Below are positions 44,179 to 56,200 of a stretch of DNA of 64,000 nucleotides, piece by piece. The notes beneath the pieces are model-generated. The model was given only the letters and a program-made list of their open reading frames with translations, searched no databases and was not told the DNA's origin. Location of the stretch: positions 1,736,001 to 1,800,000 of the forward strand of contig OZ218961.1 in assembly GCA_965112735.1 (NCBI GenBank), given 5' to 3'. Made by a program: the position numbers and the translations under genes. This DNA comes from Phaeosaccion multiseriatum. Lineage: Eukaryota; Protista; Ochrophyta, other classes. The stretch's first letter is position 1, and each line of letters begins with the position of its first letter.

Positions 44179-44625
44179 CTGCTGCGGGGCAGTCCAAGGT
44201 GCAGTCGATGAAGACAAAGTCCTTATAGAAGAAGTCGAACACGTCGACCTCGGGCCTACTCACGCAGTACGTCAAGGGGTATTCACCCACCCGGCCCATC
44301 GGCGTGTCGGCATAGATAGCAGTGGGGAAGCACTCAGGCTCGGCGCCCATCTCCAGCCCAGTCATAGGGTCATAGTGGAAAAAAATCATCTCCAATGAGC
44401 CCCCTCCCCTCTGTATCTGCCATCAGCCAGGTGGGACAGCTGCCAGACGACAAGCTTGGTCCACCCAAAGGCGTTGCACCACAGACTCTCGCCGCCAACG
44501 AAGCAATCAGGGTCGCAGTAGAGACTCTTGCCTGTCGCAAAAGAAAGAGTGGCAGTCATCGGGAGTGTTTCCAACAGCCTCCTTGTTGGCGTGGGCTCGC
44601 GGTGATGGCGGGAAGGGACACTCAT
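44179..44625 (-). pseudogene. Inverted, internally deleted copy of the 40925-43946 gene (first-exon fragment joined to last-exon end)
   Basis: 44179-44365 is a near-identical reverse complement of 43743-43929; 44400-44610 is homologous to 40960-41180 with deletions and a frameshift. Confidence 0.85.
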
Positions 44626-44806
44626 TGACTTAAAGGAATCACCTAAGTGTGTGTGTGTATGTGTGTGTGGGTGGGTGAGTGGGACGAGAGGATCACGATG
44701 AGATCGAAGGGGGGAAAGGCGGGAAAAAATATTACTTTTAGACCCGGATGGCACTCTGCGCCCCGCCTCCTACTCCCACTGTTGCCTCTCAATACAACAG
44801 TAAGCG

Positions 44807-47053
44807 ATGCTGGTTCCCATCATAGACCTTCCTCGCCTGCATGTGGCGGGGGGAGAAAATGGAGGGGATGGCTCAGCAACCGAGGCAGAGCAGCAGCAGG
44901 AGAGGTTCGAGCCTTGCGCCGAGGCACTACGCGTGGGCGTGATCGGGGAGGTGGTGACAAGAGTGGAGGGAGGCATGGCGGGCCTAACTGTGGAGCCCTA
45001 CGTGGAGCTACTGCAGAAGTGGCGGTGTCGCGTGGGCCCCTGGACTCTTCCTGCTGATGGTGGTGACACTGAGGGCTGCACAGACGAGGAGATGGTGTCT
45101 TGGTTGGATGCGGGGGCCTACCGCGCCATCTTCCACGTGGAGAGGGCGTCCGAGGTAGCAGTCTTGGAGAAGGCAGTAGAGTGGGCCAAGGCGCGGCTAC
45201 CGGAAGGAGCGAGGCACCGCTTCGTGGCCGCCCTCTCTTTGTCCGACTTTCTGAATGAACAGCAGCAGCTGCCGAGCAAGTCGGCTCTCCGTGGAGCGGT
45301 TGATGCCCTGAGGGCGGTGGTGAGCTGTGTTCAGATCGACGTGTCGGGCTGCGGGGGCTGCGAGGAGGAGGTGACCTCCATGTTGACGAGCGGGGAAGGG
45401 GAAGACCCCGGTGCGCTCAAGAGGATGCATGGAAAGGAGGGCGCGAGCGACTACGTAGAGCTCACGGTCATCAACAACAACAGCGGTGAGGGCACTGGCA
45501 AGGACCAGCGGTGGGCTTGGTCAGGCCCTCACGTGGGTCTTATGCACAGGGAGTACGGTGTAGACGTGGTGAGTCAGTGCAGAATTGACAACGTCACTCC
45601 AGCTGCAGCACCGCCAGCAGCAGCACCAGGAGCAACACCTCCTCCTCCTCCTGCTCCCGAATCCCTCTCAGTTGATTTGGGAGAGGCCTACGTGGCCTGC
45701 CTCCGCTCCGACCGGCCCGACGGCCTCTACACCACCGTCGTGACGGATGGGTGCGGACGGGCCCTTGGCTTGGTGTATTCCAACGATCAGAGCATCAAAG
45801 CCTCCCTCAGCTGCGGCCGGGGAGTGTATTGGTCTCGCTCGAGGGGCGGTTTATGGCGTAAGGGCGACTCCAGCGGGGCTTGGCAGGAGCTTACAGAGAT
45901 GTCACTGGATTGCGATAGCGACGCCCTTCGAGTTAGTGTGGTGCAGCACGGGGAGCCCCCAGCCTTTTGCCACTTTAACCGCCGCAACTGTTGGGAGGAG
46001 GAGGGCGGGTTGGGACACTTGGAGCGGCTGTTACAGAGGCGTAAGCTTGCGGCGCCGGAGGGGTCGTATACAAAGAGGCTGTTTGAGGACAAGACGTTGC
46101 TCAGGAATAAGCTTGTGGAGGAGGCGCAAGAGCTCGCAGAGGCACAGACGCCGGAGGAGGTGAGGCGGGGAGGGAGGGAAGAAGAGGGAGGGGGTAAGGA
46201 AGGGGGAGGGAGACGGGCGAAAGGGAGAGAGGCGCCGCTCAGCTGCTCCTCCTCCGCCTGTCAGGGAAGGGAGGGGAGGGCCAATCAATGCATCTGCCTG
46301 GCCCGTGTCCGCCGTGCACCTGTCTCAGGGCCCAGGCCTGCGCTTCTGGTAGCTCCCCCCTCCCTTGACGACTGCTGGCCCTTTCTCTCCCTTTCACTGA
46401 CATACTCGATATTCCCCTCCTTCCTTGACTTGCTGGACACACTCACAGGTGGCATCCGAGGCGGCGGATGTGGCATACTTCATGATGGTTCGCTGCACGG
46501 CGGCAGGGGTGGGGCTGAAGGACGTTGAGCGTTGGCTGGACAAGAGGGCCCTCAAGCTCAAGAGGAGGTGAGCGATCATGATTGGGAAGGGGAGGGGGGA
46601 GGAGGGGGAGGAGGATGGGGAGGAGGGGAGGGGAGGAGAGGGGCTGAGGATTGGCAGGGGGAGGGGAGGGCAGGGGAGGGGAGGGGAGGGGAGGGGAGGG
46701 AAGGAGAGGCGAAGATAAGGGAAGGTGGTGGGATGGGGTGAGTCTTGTGCGTGCTTGTAGAGGCAGATGGGAGGAAGGGGAGGGCGTTCATCCCCTTCAT
46801 GCCCTTCTCTGGAGACCGTTTTTTACTTGCAGCCCTCCTCCCTCCCTCCCTCGTTGGACGACCGCATATGCCTTTTGTCTGCCGCTTTGTTCTGCTGCGC
46901 TCTCCCTCCCCGATGTCCGCCGGTCGTGCTCCTATCTATGCATGTTTGTGTCCTTACATCTCGCTCCTTCTGTCCTTGTCCTACAGACCCGGTAACGCCA
47001 AAGCCTACCGAATCGCTGAGGGAGACAAGATCCTCGATAGCAAGAAGGGATGA
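44807..47053 (+). CDS. hisIE: Histidine biosynthesis bifunctional phosphoribosyl-AMP cyclohydrolase / phosphoribosyl-ATP pyrophosphatase (HisI-HisE, His4-type N-terminus), 3 exons
   Basis: SDRPDGLYTTVV..ALGLVYS, YWSRSRGGLWRKG.SSG, DCDSDAL, FCH..CW, APEGSYTKRLF..LRNKLVEEAQEL, EAADVAYF, LKLKRRPGNAK. Confidence 0.92.
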
Positions 47054-47075
47054 AGGCAGCGTATGGCAGCAGATG

Positions 47076-47128
<53 letters not shown>

Positions 47129-47599
47129 GAGCGGTAGCAGCCAGGACTGCTAAGACCACGGCGACAGGCGGATGCTGACAACTTTTATGTATTCATCATC
47201 CGCATTCATTCAGAGCGAGACATTGATTGGATGTGCTGCTGGAGTAAGTTACTTCGTCTCGTCTTTTATTTATATAAGGACTGTAGAAGCCCATGGATTG
47301 ATCGATCACAGACTCGATCGTAGTAGTACAATTTAGCTTTTGCCGCTCGTTCAGTCCTTTCATCCTGCCCGAACCCTCTGTGCCCGAGCAGGGTACACAA
47401 TCCCACACTCACACTCACACTACACTCACCCTTACCCTCACCCTCATACGCACAGTCCACACCAGCTACTCTCGCTGCCCTCCGAAGAAGTGTTAAGTGT
47501 TCAAGTGCCCACCCCCGAGAGCGGCATCGTTTCTTCACGTCTGCTTGACATCTGCTTGACATGGAAGGCTCTCTTCCCTTCCCCTTCTCCTTCATGCCT

Positions 47600-50500
47600 C
47601 TATCCACCTTGGCCTTGGCAAGTAGCGACAGCTGCCCCATCAGCAGTAGCAGTAGTAGAAGTAGTAGGGGTAGGTCCTCCGGGTTGCTCCAGAGCCGGCC
47701 GCTCCACCGACGCCTTACCAACCACTTGTACTCCTCCTCCGTCGGCGGCAGTGGGAGGACACTCTACCTCACTGATGGTGACAGCTTGCCTTATATGAGT
47801 CGCGGCTTGCTTCGTGTGGGCCGCCTCACTGATGGTTGTGGTTTGCCTGTGACTCGCTTCGGTACCGTAGGGAGAGGCTTCTGTCTGGGCTTTTGGGCTT
47901 CCTCCACCCCCGCCGTTACTGAGGCTTGGACGCAGTTTTAGACTCCCTCGCTGTCCTGTTAAGTTCTGCTCCATAGGGGAGGGGAAGGGCAGGTAGGCAG
48001 GCAGGCAGGCAGGCAGGCAGATAGGCAGGCAAGTGGGCAGGCAAGCAGGCGAGGCGGAGAGAGGGGGGAGATCTTCAGTGACTTACGCAGACACGCAAGA
48101 AGGCCGGTAACTGAAAAGGATAAACCTTCTATACCTGCACTACGGCCAAGATGCCCGAGTAACCGGGTAGGAGCGACGCCACCCACCCTACCACGGCGGA
48201 GCGGAGACCTTCCACGTATGCCGCCTTCATGCCCAGCGACAGCATAAAGGCCTGACATGAAGTAGAGCAGTTGGTGATACAGCAAGAGCACAAGCAGCAC
48301 CAGCGACGCCAAAGAAGGGTTTGAGGTGCAGAGGGGGAGAGGAGGGGTGGGACAGGCGGGGGTGGAGTGTCAGAGAAAAGGAAGGCGGGAAAGATAGGAT
48401 TCACCCCCCCCGTCCCCCCCCAGCTTCCTCTCCCTCCCTGCTCTCGCTCGGCTCATTATAGAACAAGAACGCACGCAGACCCTCTCTTTCTCTTTCTTCC
48501 TTCCTTCCTTCCTTCCTTCCTTCCTTCCTTCCTTCCTTCCTTCCTTCCTTCCTTCCTTCCTTTCTTTCTTTCTTTCTTCCTTCTCCTTCCTTCCTTCCTT
48601 CCTTCCTTCCTTCCTTCCTTCCTTCCTTCCTTCCTTCCTTCCTTCCTTCCTTCCTTCCTTCCTTCCTTCCTTCCTTCCTTCCTTCCTTCCTTCCTTCCTT
48701 CCTTCCTTCCTTCCTCCCCCCCTCCCTCCCTGCTCCCTCCCTCTCTCCCTTCCTCCCTCTCTCCCTCCCTCCCTCTCTCCCTCCCTCCCTCTCTCCCTCC
48801 CTCCCTCCCTCCCTTCCTTCCTTCCTCCCTTCCGTCCTTCCTTCCCCTCCACAAAGTACTTCCTTCCTCCTTCTTACCCTGCAGTCCGCCACGACCCAGC
48901 TAAGCAGCGCACTCTTGCCGATGAGCACCCCTCCCTTGAGGGCCTTCAGACGGTGCTCCTCCCCGGCCATGCTGAGCTGTTGCACCACTTGAGGTAGGAA
49001 GGACAGCTGCTGCGTAACCACGTTAGGGAGGGATGTGCCCACCCCACCCCACTTGCTGCTGGCCTCCTGCCCCTGCCCCTGCGCCTGTGCTTGCCCCTGT
49101 ATCACCAACTGCTCCTGCTCCTGCCGCTTCTGATACCACTCGGCTGCCTGCAGGTGCACCCCTCGGCGCATGCGGTCAGGTATTTCCCAATACACCACTT
49201 GGTGAAGCACGGCATCCTTGAATGACATATACAGCTCCCCCTCCTCCTCCCCCTCTTTCTTCTTCCTCTCCTCCTTCTTCTCCCCCTCCTTCCCCTCTTT
49301 CTGCTGCTGCTCCCCCCTCTTCTCCTCCCCCTCCTCTTTCTTGTTCTCTCCCGCCTCCCCTCCTTCCTCCTCGCCCCCCTTTGCCCTCCCCTTACCCCCT
49401 CCTCCTCCTCCTCCTCCTCCTCCTCCTCCTACTCGGTGCTCCAAGTAAATGAGACCAAAGCACTCCAACACTGTGAGTTCTTCTCTCAAGGACCGCTCGG
49501 TGCTCACAGAGAGAGAGTGACCGAATACGGTGGTGAAGAGGGGTAAGGGGATGGCACGCAGGCCGAGGCAGCTGAGGATCTTCAGCACATTGAGCTGTTG
49601 GCTGCTCAGTCGGTGCAGGAAGTCCTCCACTGGAGTAGAGGAGGGAGGGAGGGGAGCGCGGGAGGGAGGGAGTGGGGGGAGTGGGGGGAGGGAGGGAAAG
49701 AGGGACGGAAGGAGGGAGAGAGGAGTTTGGGTGGCGGGGTAGTGGGGGGATTGGAGGAGTAGGGAAGGAAGGGATGGAGGGGGGCAGGGAGGAGACGTGA
49801 GGAGCAAGAACAGAGGTCAGTCCAGTCAAGCAAAGAGAGAGAGAGAAAGCGCGGGACAGAGAGAGAGGGAGAGGAAGAGAGTGAGAGACAGAAGTGATGG
49901 AGAGAAGCCCTCACCTTTGCTGCGCATACTCACGAGACCGTCCAGGCGGACGTCACCGAGCGTACGCTGAGAGAGGGAGGCACGTGTGTAGGCAGACAGG
50001 CGTATGGGCAGGCAGGCAAGCAGGCAGGCCGACAGATAGACAGACAGACAGGCAGGCAACAGACAGACAGGCACAAGCATGTGGGCAAGGAAGGAGGAAG
50101 CGAAGCTCAGTAAAGCCATCGGCGGCATCTTTTGGCACCATCCTAACGGCTTTCGAGTTCGCCCCTTTCGAGGCTCCCCTGCAGGCAGCTGCACGTGGCA
50201 TGTGCTGCTTCGTTCGTTCGTTCGTTCGTTTGTGCGTTCGCGTCTCTCACTTCGTCTCGACCGACGCATGCACACACACACACACACACACCTGTGCAAT
50301 GCCCCCGGTCGTCTCCCCCAGCTCCTCCTCCTCCTCCAGCTGCAGCTGCCAGATTCGCCGACCCAGGGGAGGAAGCCCACTTGCATCAGCATGACTGCCG
50401 TCGGCAGGCTGGTCCGATGGACTGCTGCTGCCACTGCTGCTGCTGCTACTGCTACTGCTACTACAACTGTTGCTGCTACTCTTACTGCTACTGCTACTAC

Positions 50501-50883
50501 TACTACTACTGCCGTCGCTAGTGCTCGTGCTCGTGCTCGTGCTAAAGGCGACAGCAGCCACGCTCGAGGTGGTGGCAGCAGCAGTTGGTGATACAGCGGT
50601 ACTACCGAAGGTGGGGGTGGCGGCGGCGATGGCAGTGGAAGCGCCCGCCCCGTGGGGCGGCTGAACCACCACCTCACCTACTCCCAGGGCCTTGAGTACG
50701 CTGCAGAACGACGTGAGGTACATGGGCATGCCTGCAGAGGGGGGATGGCAGTGGACGGGAGCAGAGCAAAAGCAGAGGATGGGGCAGATGGCAGCAGGAA
50801 GCAGCAGATGGCAGCAGATGGCAGCAGATGGCAGCAGATAGGGGAGTGCGAGGCGTGGGCACGTGCGCATACACAGATAGTGA

Positions 50884-50916
<33 letters not shown>

Positions 50917-53900
50917 TTGCCCCACAGTACGAATGAGTGTGTGAGAGAGAGAGCTGTCTCACAGTACAAAAGAGTGTGAGCATGGGGATTGATTGTGGGC
51001 GTATCTCCTTTGATGGATCGTTCCGTCGATAGGGGACGCGGGATGGAGTGACGCGTCCCTCCAAGTGGGGATGGCAGTGTACTGTGTTTTGCTGTGCTTG
51101 GCTTGGCTGGCGCCCCCCAAGACCATCCCCCCTCTGCACTCTCTCAATCCTCTTTCCCTGTCCTCTCCTCTCTCTCCCCTCTCTTCACTCTACGCACCCA
51201 CTCACCCCTCCAACCAACCCCCCACCTATCCACCCACCCACCCACCCACCCACCCACCTACCTAGCCACCTACCCATCCCCCCCCACCCCTTACCTTGCG
51301 TCCTGACGTAGAGCCCCAAAGCCGCCACCTCCTCCACCCCATCCGCCTCAAGTGACCACGAGCACAGCTTGCGTGCCTGCTCGAAACCCAAGGGGGCGAG
51401 ACGGAACGACTCACACAGAGGTCCGGGTTCCACCAACGCTCCTCCTCGTGCGGCCTTGACAGTGAGGGAGGACATGCACGTCGAGAGACGGCGGAGGGGT
51501 CTCCGCCTGCGGTTCTCTCCTACTTGGCCTCCTCCCTCTCCCGCTCCTCCTCCTCCTCCCGCTCCTGCTCCTCCTCCTCCCCCCCCTCCCGCTCCTCCTG
51601 CTCCTTCTCCTTCGGCGCGGTTCGGGGGTTGTTGTTGTTGTTGTTGTTGTTGTTGTTGGGCGAGCATCTGTTGTCGTTGTTGTTGTTGTTGTTGTTGTTG
51701 GGCGAGCATCTGTTGTCGTTGTTGCTGCTCCTCCTTGCGTCTCCGCTGCTGCTCCTGCTCGTGCTGCCGCTTCCTCTCCTCGCGCTGCTCGTTGTTGGTG
51801 TCCACGACGAGGTTCATCTGAGACGTCGTGTTGTGTGTGTTGTGTCAAGTCAAATCATTTGGTTGTGCAATCGTAAGTCAAAGTGCGGCAGAGAGACTCG
51901 AGCACTCTGCTCTGCTCGCCAATCAAAACAATTGTCTCCTCTCGCGGCGCCCACTCACTCACTTATTCAGTCACTTACTAACTCACTCACTCACTCACTC
52001 ACTCACTCACTCACTCACTCACTCACTCACTCACTCACTCACTCACTCACTCACTCACTCACTCACTCACTCACTCACTCACTCACTCACTCACTCACTC
52101 ACTCACTCACTCACTCACTCACTCACTCACTCACTCACTCACTCACTCACTCACTCACTCACTCACTCACTCACTCACTCACTCACTCACTCACTCACTC
52201 ACTCACTCACTCACTCACTCACTCACTCACTCACTCACTCACTGACTCACTCGCTCACTCACTCACTCACTCACTCACTCACGCAACTCACTCACGTACG
52301 CGCGCATTCACTCACTCACTCACTCACTCACTCACTCACCCACTCACCCACTCACTCACTCACTCACTCACTCACTCACTCACTCACTCACTCACTCACT
52401 CACTCACTCACTCACTCACTCACTCACTCACTCACTCACTCACTCACTCACTCACTCACTCACTCACTCACTCACTCACTCACTCACTCACTCACTCACA
52501 CTCACTCACTCACTCACTCACTCACTCACTCACTCACTCACTCACTCACTCACTCACTCACTCACTCACTCACTCACTCACTCACTCACTCACTCACTCA
52601 CTCACTCACTCACTCACTCACTCACTCACTCACTCACTCACTCACTCACTCACTCACTCACTCACTCACTCACTCACTCACTCACTCACTCACTCACTCA
52701 CTCACTCACTCACTCACTCACTCACTCACTCACGCACTCACACCCTCCCTCACTCACGCCCTCACAGCCTCACTCACCAGGGTTTCCACTTCTGGATGTC
52801 CGGCAATGAGCGATCCCCTCTGTCCCTTTTTCGCCGCGCTTTTCCACTTCTTCGCAATCTTCATAACGTTCCAAGCAGCAGCAGCGACGGAGCTACCCCC
52901 CCCCCCCCCCCCTCCTCCTCCTCCTCCTCCTCCTCCTCCTCCTCCTCCTCCTCCTCCTCCTCCTCCTCCTCCTCCTCCTCCTCCTCCTCCTCCTCCTCCT
53001 CCTCCTCCTCCTCCTCCTCCTCCTCCTCCTCCTCCTCCTCCTCCTCCTCCTCCTCCTCCTCCTCCTCCTCCTCCCGCCTTCGCTGCCGCGGCCGCCGCTA
53101 CGATGGCAGCAAACGGCGACTGCTTCTTAACGACCTGACCCGCCGCCTTCCCCAGTCCCGCTACCCCAGCTACTCCCGCTCCCGCTGCTCCTGTCGAAGG
53201 CGCAGACACAGTTGGCTTGCTCGGTGCACCGTCGCTGCTGTTGTCAAAGGCCAATGCTTTCTCATAGACGCCATCTTTGCACACAAGGGGCAGGGGCGCA
53301 CTCGTGAAGAAGAGGAGGAATGTTCTCCTCAAGGAAGGCTCCGCCAGAAGGCGTTTCGCCATACTGAGGCTCGCAGAACTCACCCCTTCTGCAGAGTCCA
53401 TCACCAGTACAGAGTAGGCCGCGCCAGTGATGAGACTGCTGCTTCCAACCCCTCCTCCTGCTGCTTCTGCTGCGCCTGCTTCTGCATCTGCTTCTGCATC
53501 TGCTTCTGCTCCTCCTTCGCTCCTCCTGCTACTACTACTGCTGCGGTTGGTACTGCTGCTGCTGTTGGCGCTCTCGGTACCACTCTTCATGCGGAAACTG
53601 CCTCGGCCGTTGATGAGAGAGCGCATTCCTGCCGTGGAGATACGCACATGACCCCTGCTTCTGCTGTGGCCCTTCTCGCCCTCCTCCTGCTTCTGCTGCC
53701 TCTTCTGCTGCTGCTGCTGATGCAAGTGCTCGCTGGCCTCTTCCGCCGTGTCGTCATCGCGGGTAAGCTTCAGCAGCTGCACCAATGCCTCTTCCATGTC
53801 TCCGCCGGGCCCACTAGCACGGACCCGAACAGCGGCAGCAGCAGCCGCAGCAGTTGGTACTACAGCAGCAGTTGCTGATGCACAAGTAGCAGCAGTTGGT

Positions 53901-56159
53901 GATACAGCAGCAGCACTCGGTGTTGACCTCCATGTGAAGGGAGGCTCCTTAGAGCCGGGCAGCCGCATGGGTTTGGAAGCACAGAAGAAGTCCGCCAACA
54001 GTTCGCAGCTGAACAACCAACAGGCCCAGGGGAAGGGATGAGGAGAGATGCCCAAGGGAGCCCATTTCATCGGGGGAGAGAAGGCGGGCGGGGCAGGGCT
54101 TCGTCAAGAGGACACGCACGCACGCTTCGCACAATGGTCAGTGATCGGTCCCTATTCACTCACCCACACGCGCACGCACGCACGCACGCACGCACGCACT
54201 CACGCACGCACGCACGTACACACGCACACACTTCCTTACCTGCTCTCGTTGAAGATGACGACAAAGTCGAAGAAGTGTCCAAGGAAGATGGCCCTATTTG
54301 CACACGTGTCTTTCCCCGCCTGGGGGTACGCACCGAACGCGCCTGCCCACTCGGGAAGCTCCATCGCCGCTTGCGATACTCCTCCTCCTCCTCCTCCTCC
54401 TACTCCTCCTCTACGGTTGGTGTTATCGCCAACTGTGACCCTACTGTTGGGGTCAGGACTACCAGTGCTGCCGGTTAGGTTGCTTACGCTGTTGCTATTG
54501 TCCCCTCCCTCCTTGTCCCTCTCCTTGTCCCTCTCCTTGTCCCTCTCCTTGTCCCTCTCCTTGTCCTCGTTCTCGCCCTCTGCGCCGTCGCCCAACTCCT
54601 CCTCTTCAATGTCAGCCACCAGCGTTACGCTGCCGAACCCCATGCTACCACCCGTATCACCAACGCCTGCACCACCCCCTCGACTACCGCCGCAGCGGCC
54701 TCTCGTATGGCGGGTGTGTCGAATGCGTGGTTGTGTGTGTTGGGGGGGGGGGAGGGGCCGTTTCAGATAGAAGCTCCCGTTCAGCAGAGCGGCGCTACCC
54801 CCGCTCCCAAACGATCGGTGGGTGAGGAAAGAGGCCGGTGGCGACGGAGGGCAGGACGACGCAGAGGAAGAGGAGGAAGAGGAGGAAGAGGAGAACGCGG
54901 AAGGGGGCGGTAGTGACCCCCCCGTTCCTGCCCGATGCCCAAGTCCAATCGAGTGGGGCAGAGGCAGGTGCGGGGAGGACTCGGACTTTTCGTCCTCCTC
55001 ATCACTCGACTCGAAAGAGACCTTCTTCTTTTCCCTTTCAGGTGTGTCAGGGTTGCTCGAACCACTGGCTGTGCCGCTGCTGCTGCTGCTGCTGCCGTTC
55101 TTCGAAAGCCCTTCCTCCTTCCTCTCCGCCTCGCCACCCCTCTCTTTCTCCCCCTCCTCCTCCCCCTCCCCCCCATTCTTCTCCTTCTCCTTCCTCTCCT
55201 TCTCCTCCTTCTCCTCCTTCAGCTGCTGCTGGATCGCCAACTGCTGCATCACCAACTGCTGCTTCTGCATCACCAACTCTCGCTGCTGCTGCCGGACTTG
55301 CTGCTCGGCGGTGAGAGCAAAGAATATCACCTCATCCTTGAGGGATAACAACACGCCAATGCCAAGCTGTCGCCAGCTGGAGAGCAGATGGTGATCCGCA
55401 TATTCTGAGGCCGAGCCGCGGCGAGGGCGGTGGTCTGATGAGCCGAGCACCCCGGGGAGCGCAGCCGTTACGCCCCTGCCGGTACTCCCTTCAGCGCGAG
55501 GAGGGGGGAGGAGGGAGGGGGGAGGGGAGAGGAGGGAGGGGGGAGGAGAGAGGAGGGAGGGAGGAGGAGGGAGGAGGAGGGAGGAGGAGGGAGGAGGAGG
55601 GAGGAGGAGGGAGGAGGAGGGAGGAGGAGGGAGGAGGAGGGAGGAGGAGGGAGGAGGAAGGAGGACGAGGTGAGGGAGATGAGGGAGGGAGCGACAGGGA
55701 GGAGCAGGGAGGGGCAAGAGGAGAGGGGGAGGAGGAGAGGGGGAGGCTGATGATTGCGTGGGGGGGCGGTGGGGGAGCAGACTGCCTGACAGACTGCCTG
55801 ACAGACTGCCTGACAGACTGCCTGACAGACTGCCTGACAGACTGCCTGACAGACTGCCAAGGAATGTCGAGAAATGGACTGATGTGTGGCGTGTCGTCGT
55901 ACCTCTCCCTGTGGTGGGGGATGCAGAGGCGGCCCTTTGGTTGTCACCGCCCCCCCAGGACTGCCACTCCTTCGCTCTGATGGGACTGACGCTTCTACCG
56001 CCGCCGTTGCCCGCCCCAAGGGGGCTGTTGCCGGGCCCCGAGGGGGTAGGTCTGCTGGCCGTGTCGGAGAGGAAACCCCTGCTGTTGCCGCGGTCACAGA
56101 GCACCTCGAGAGAGGGCATGGTCTTGCGCCATTGCTGCACCAGGCCCTGTATCACCAAC

Positions 56160-56200
<41 letters not shown>

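Noticed and set aside
51524-53878. 784-aa and 436-aa plus-strand ORFs with (THSL)n
   Set aside because: (CACT)n microsatellite, antisense to the cyclase gene
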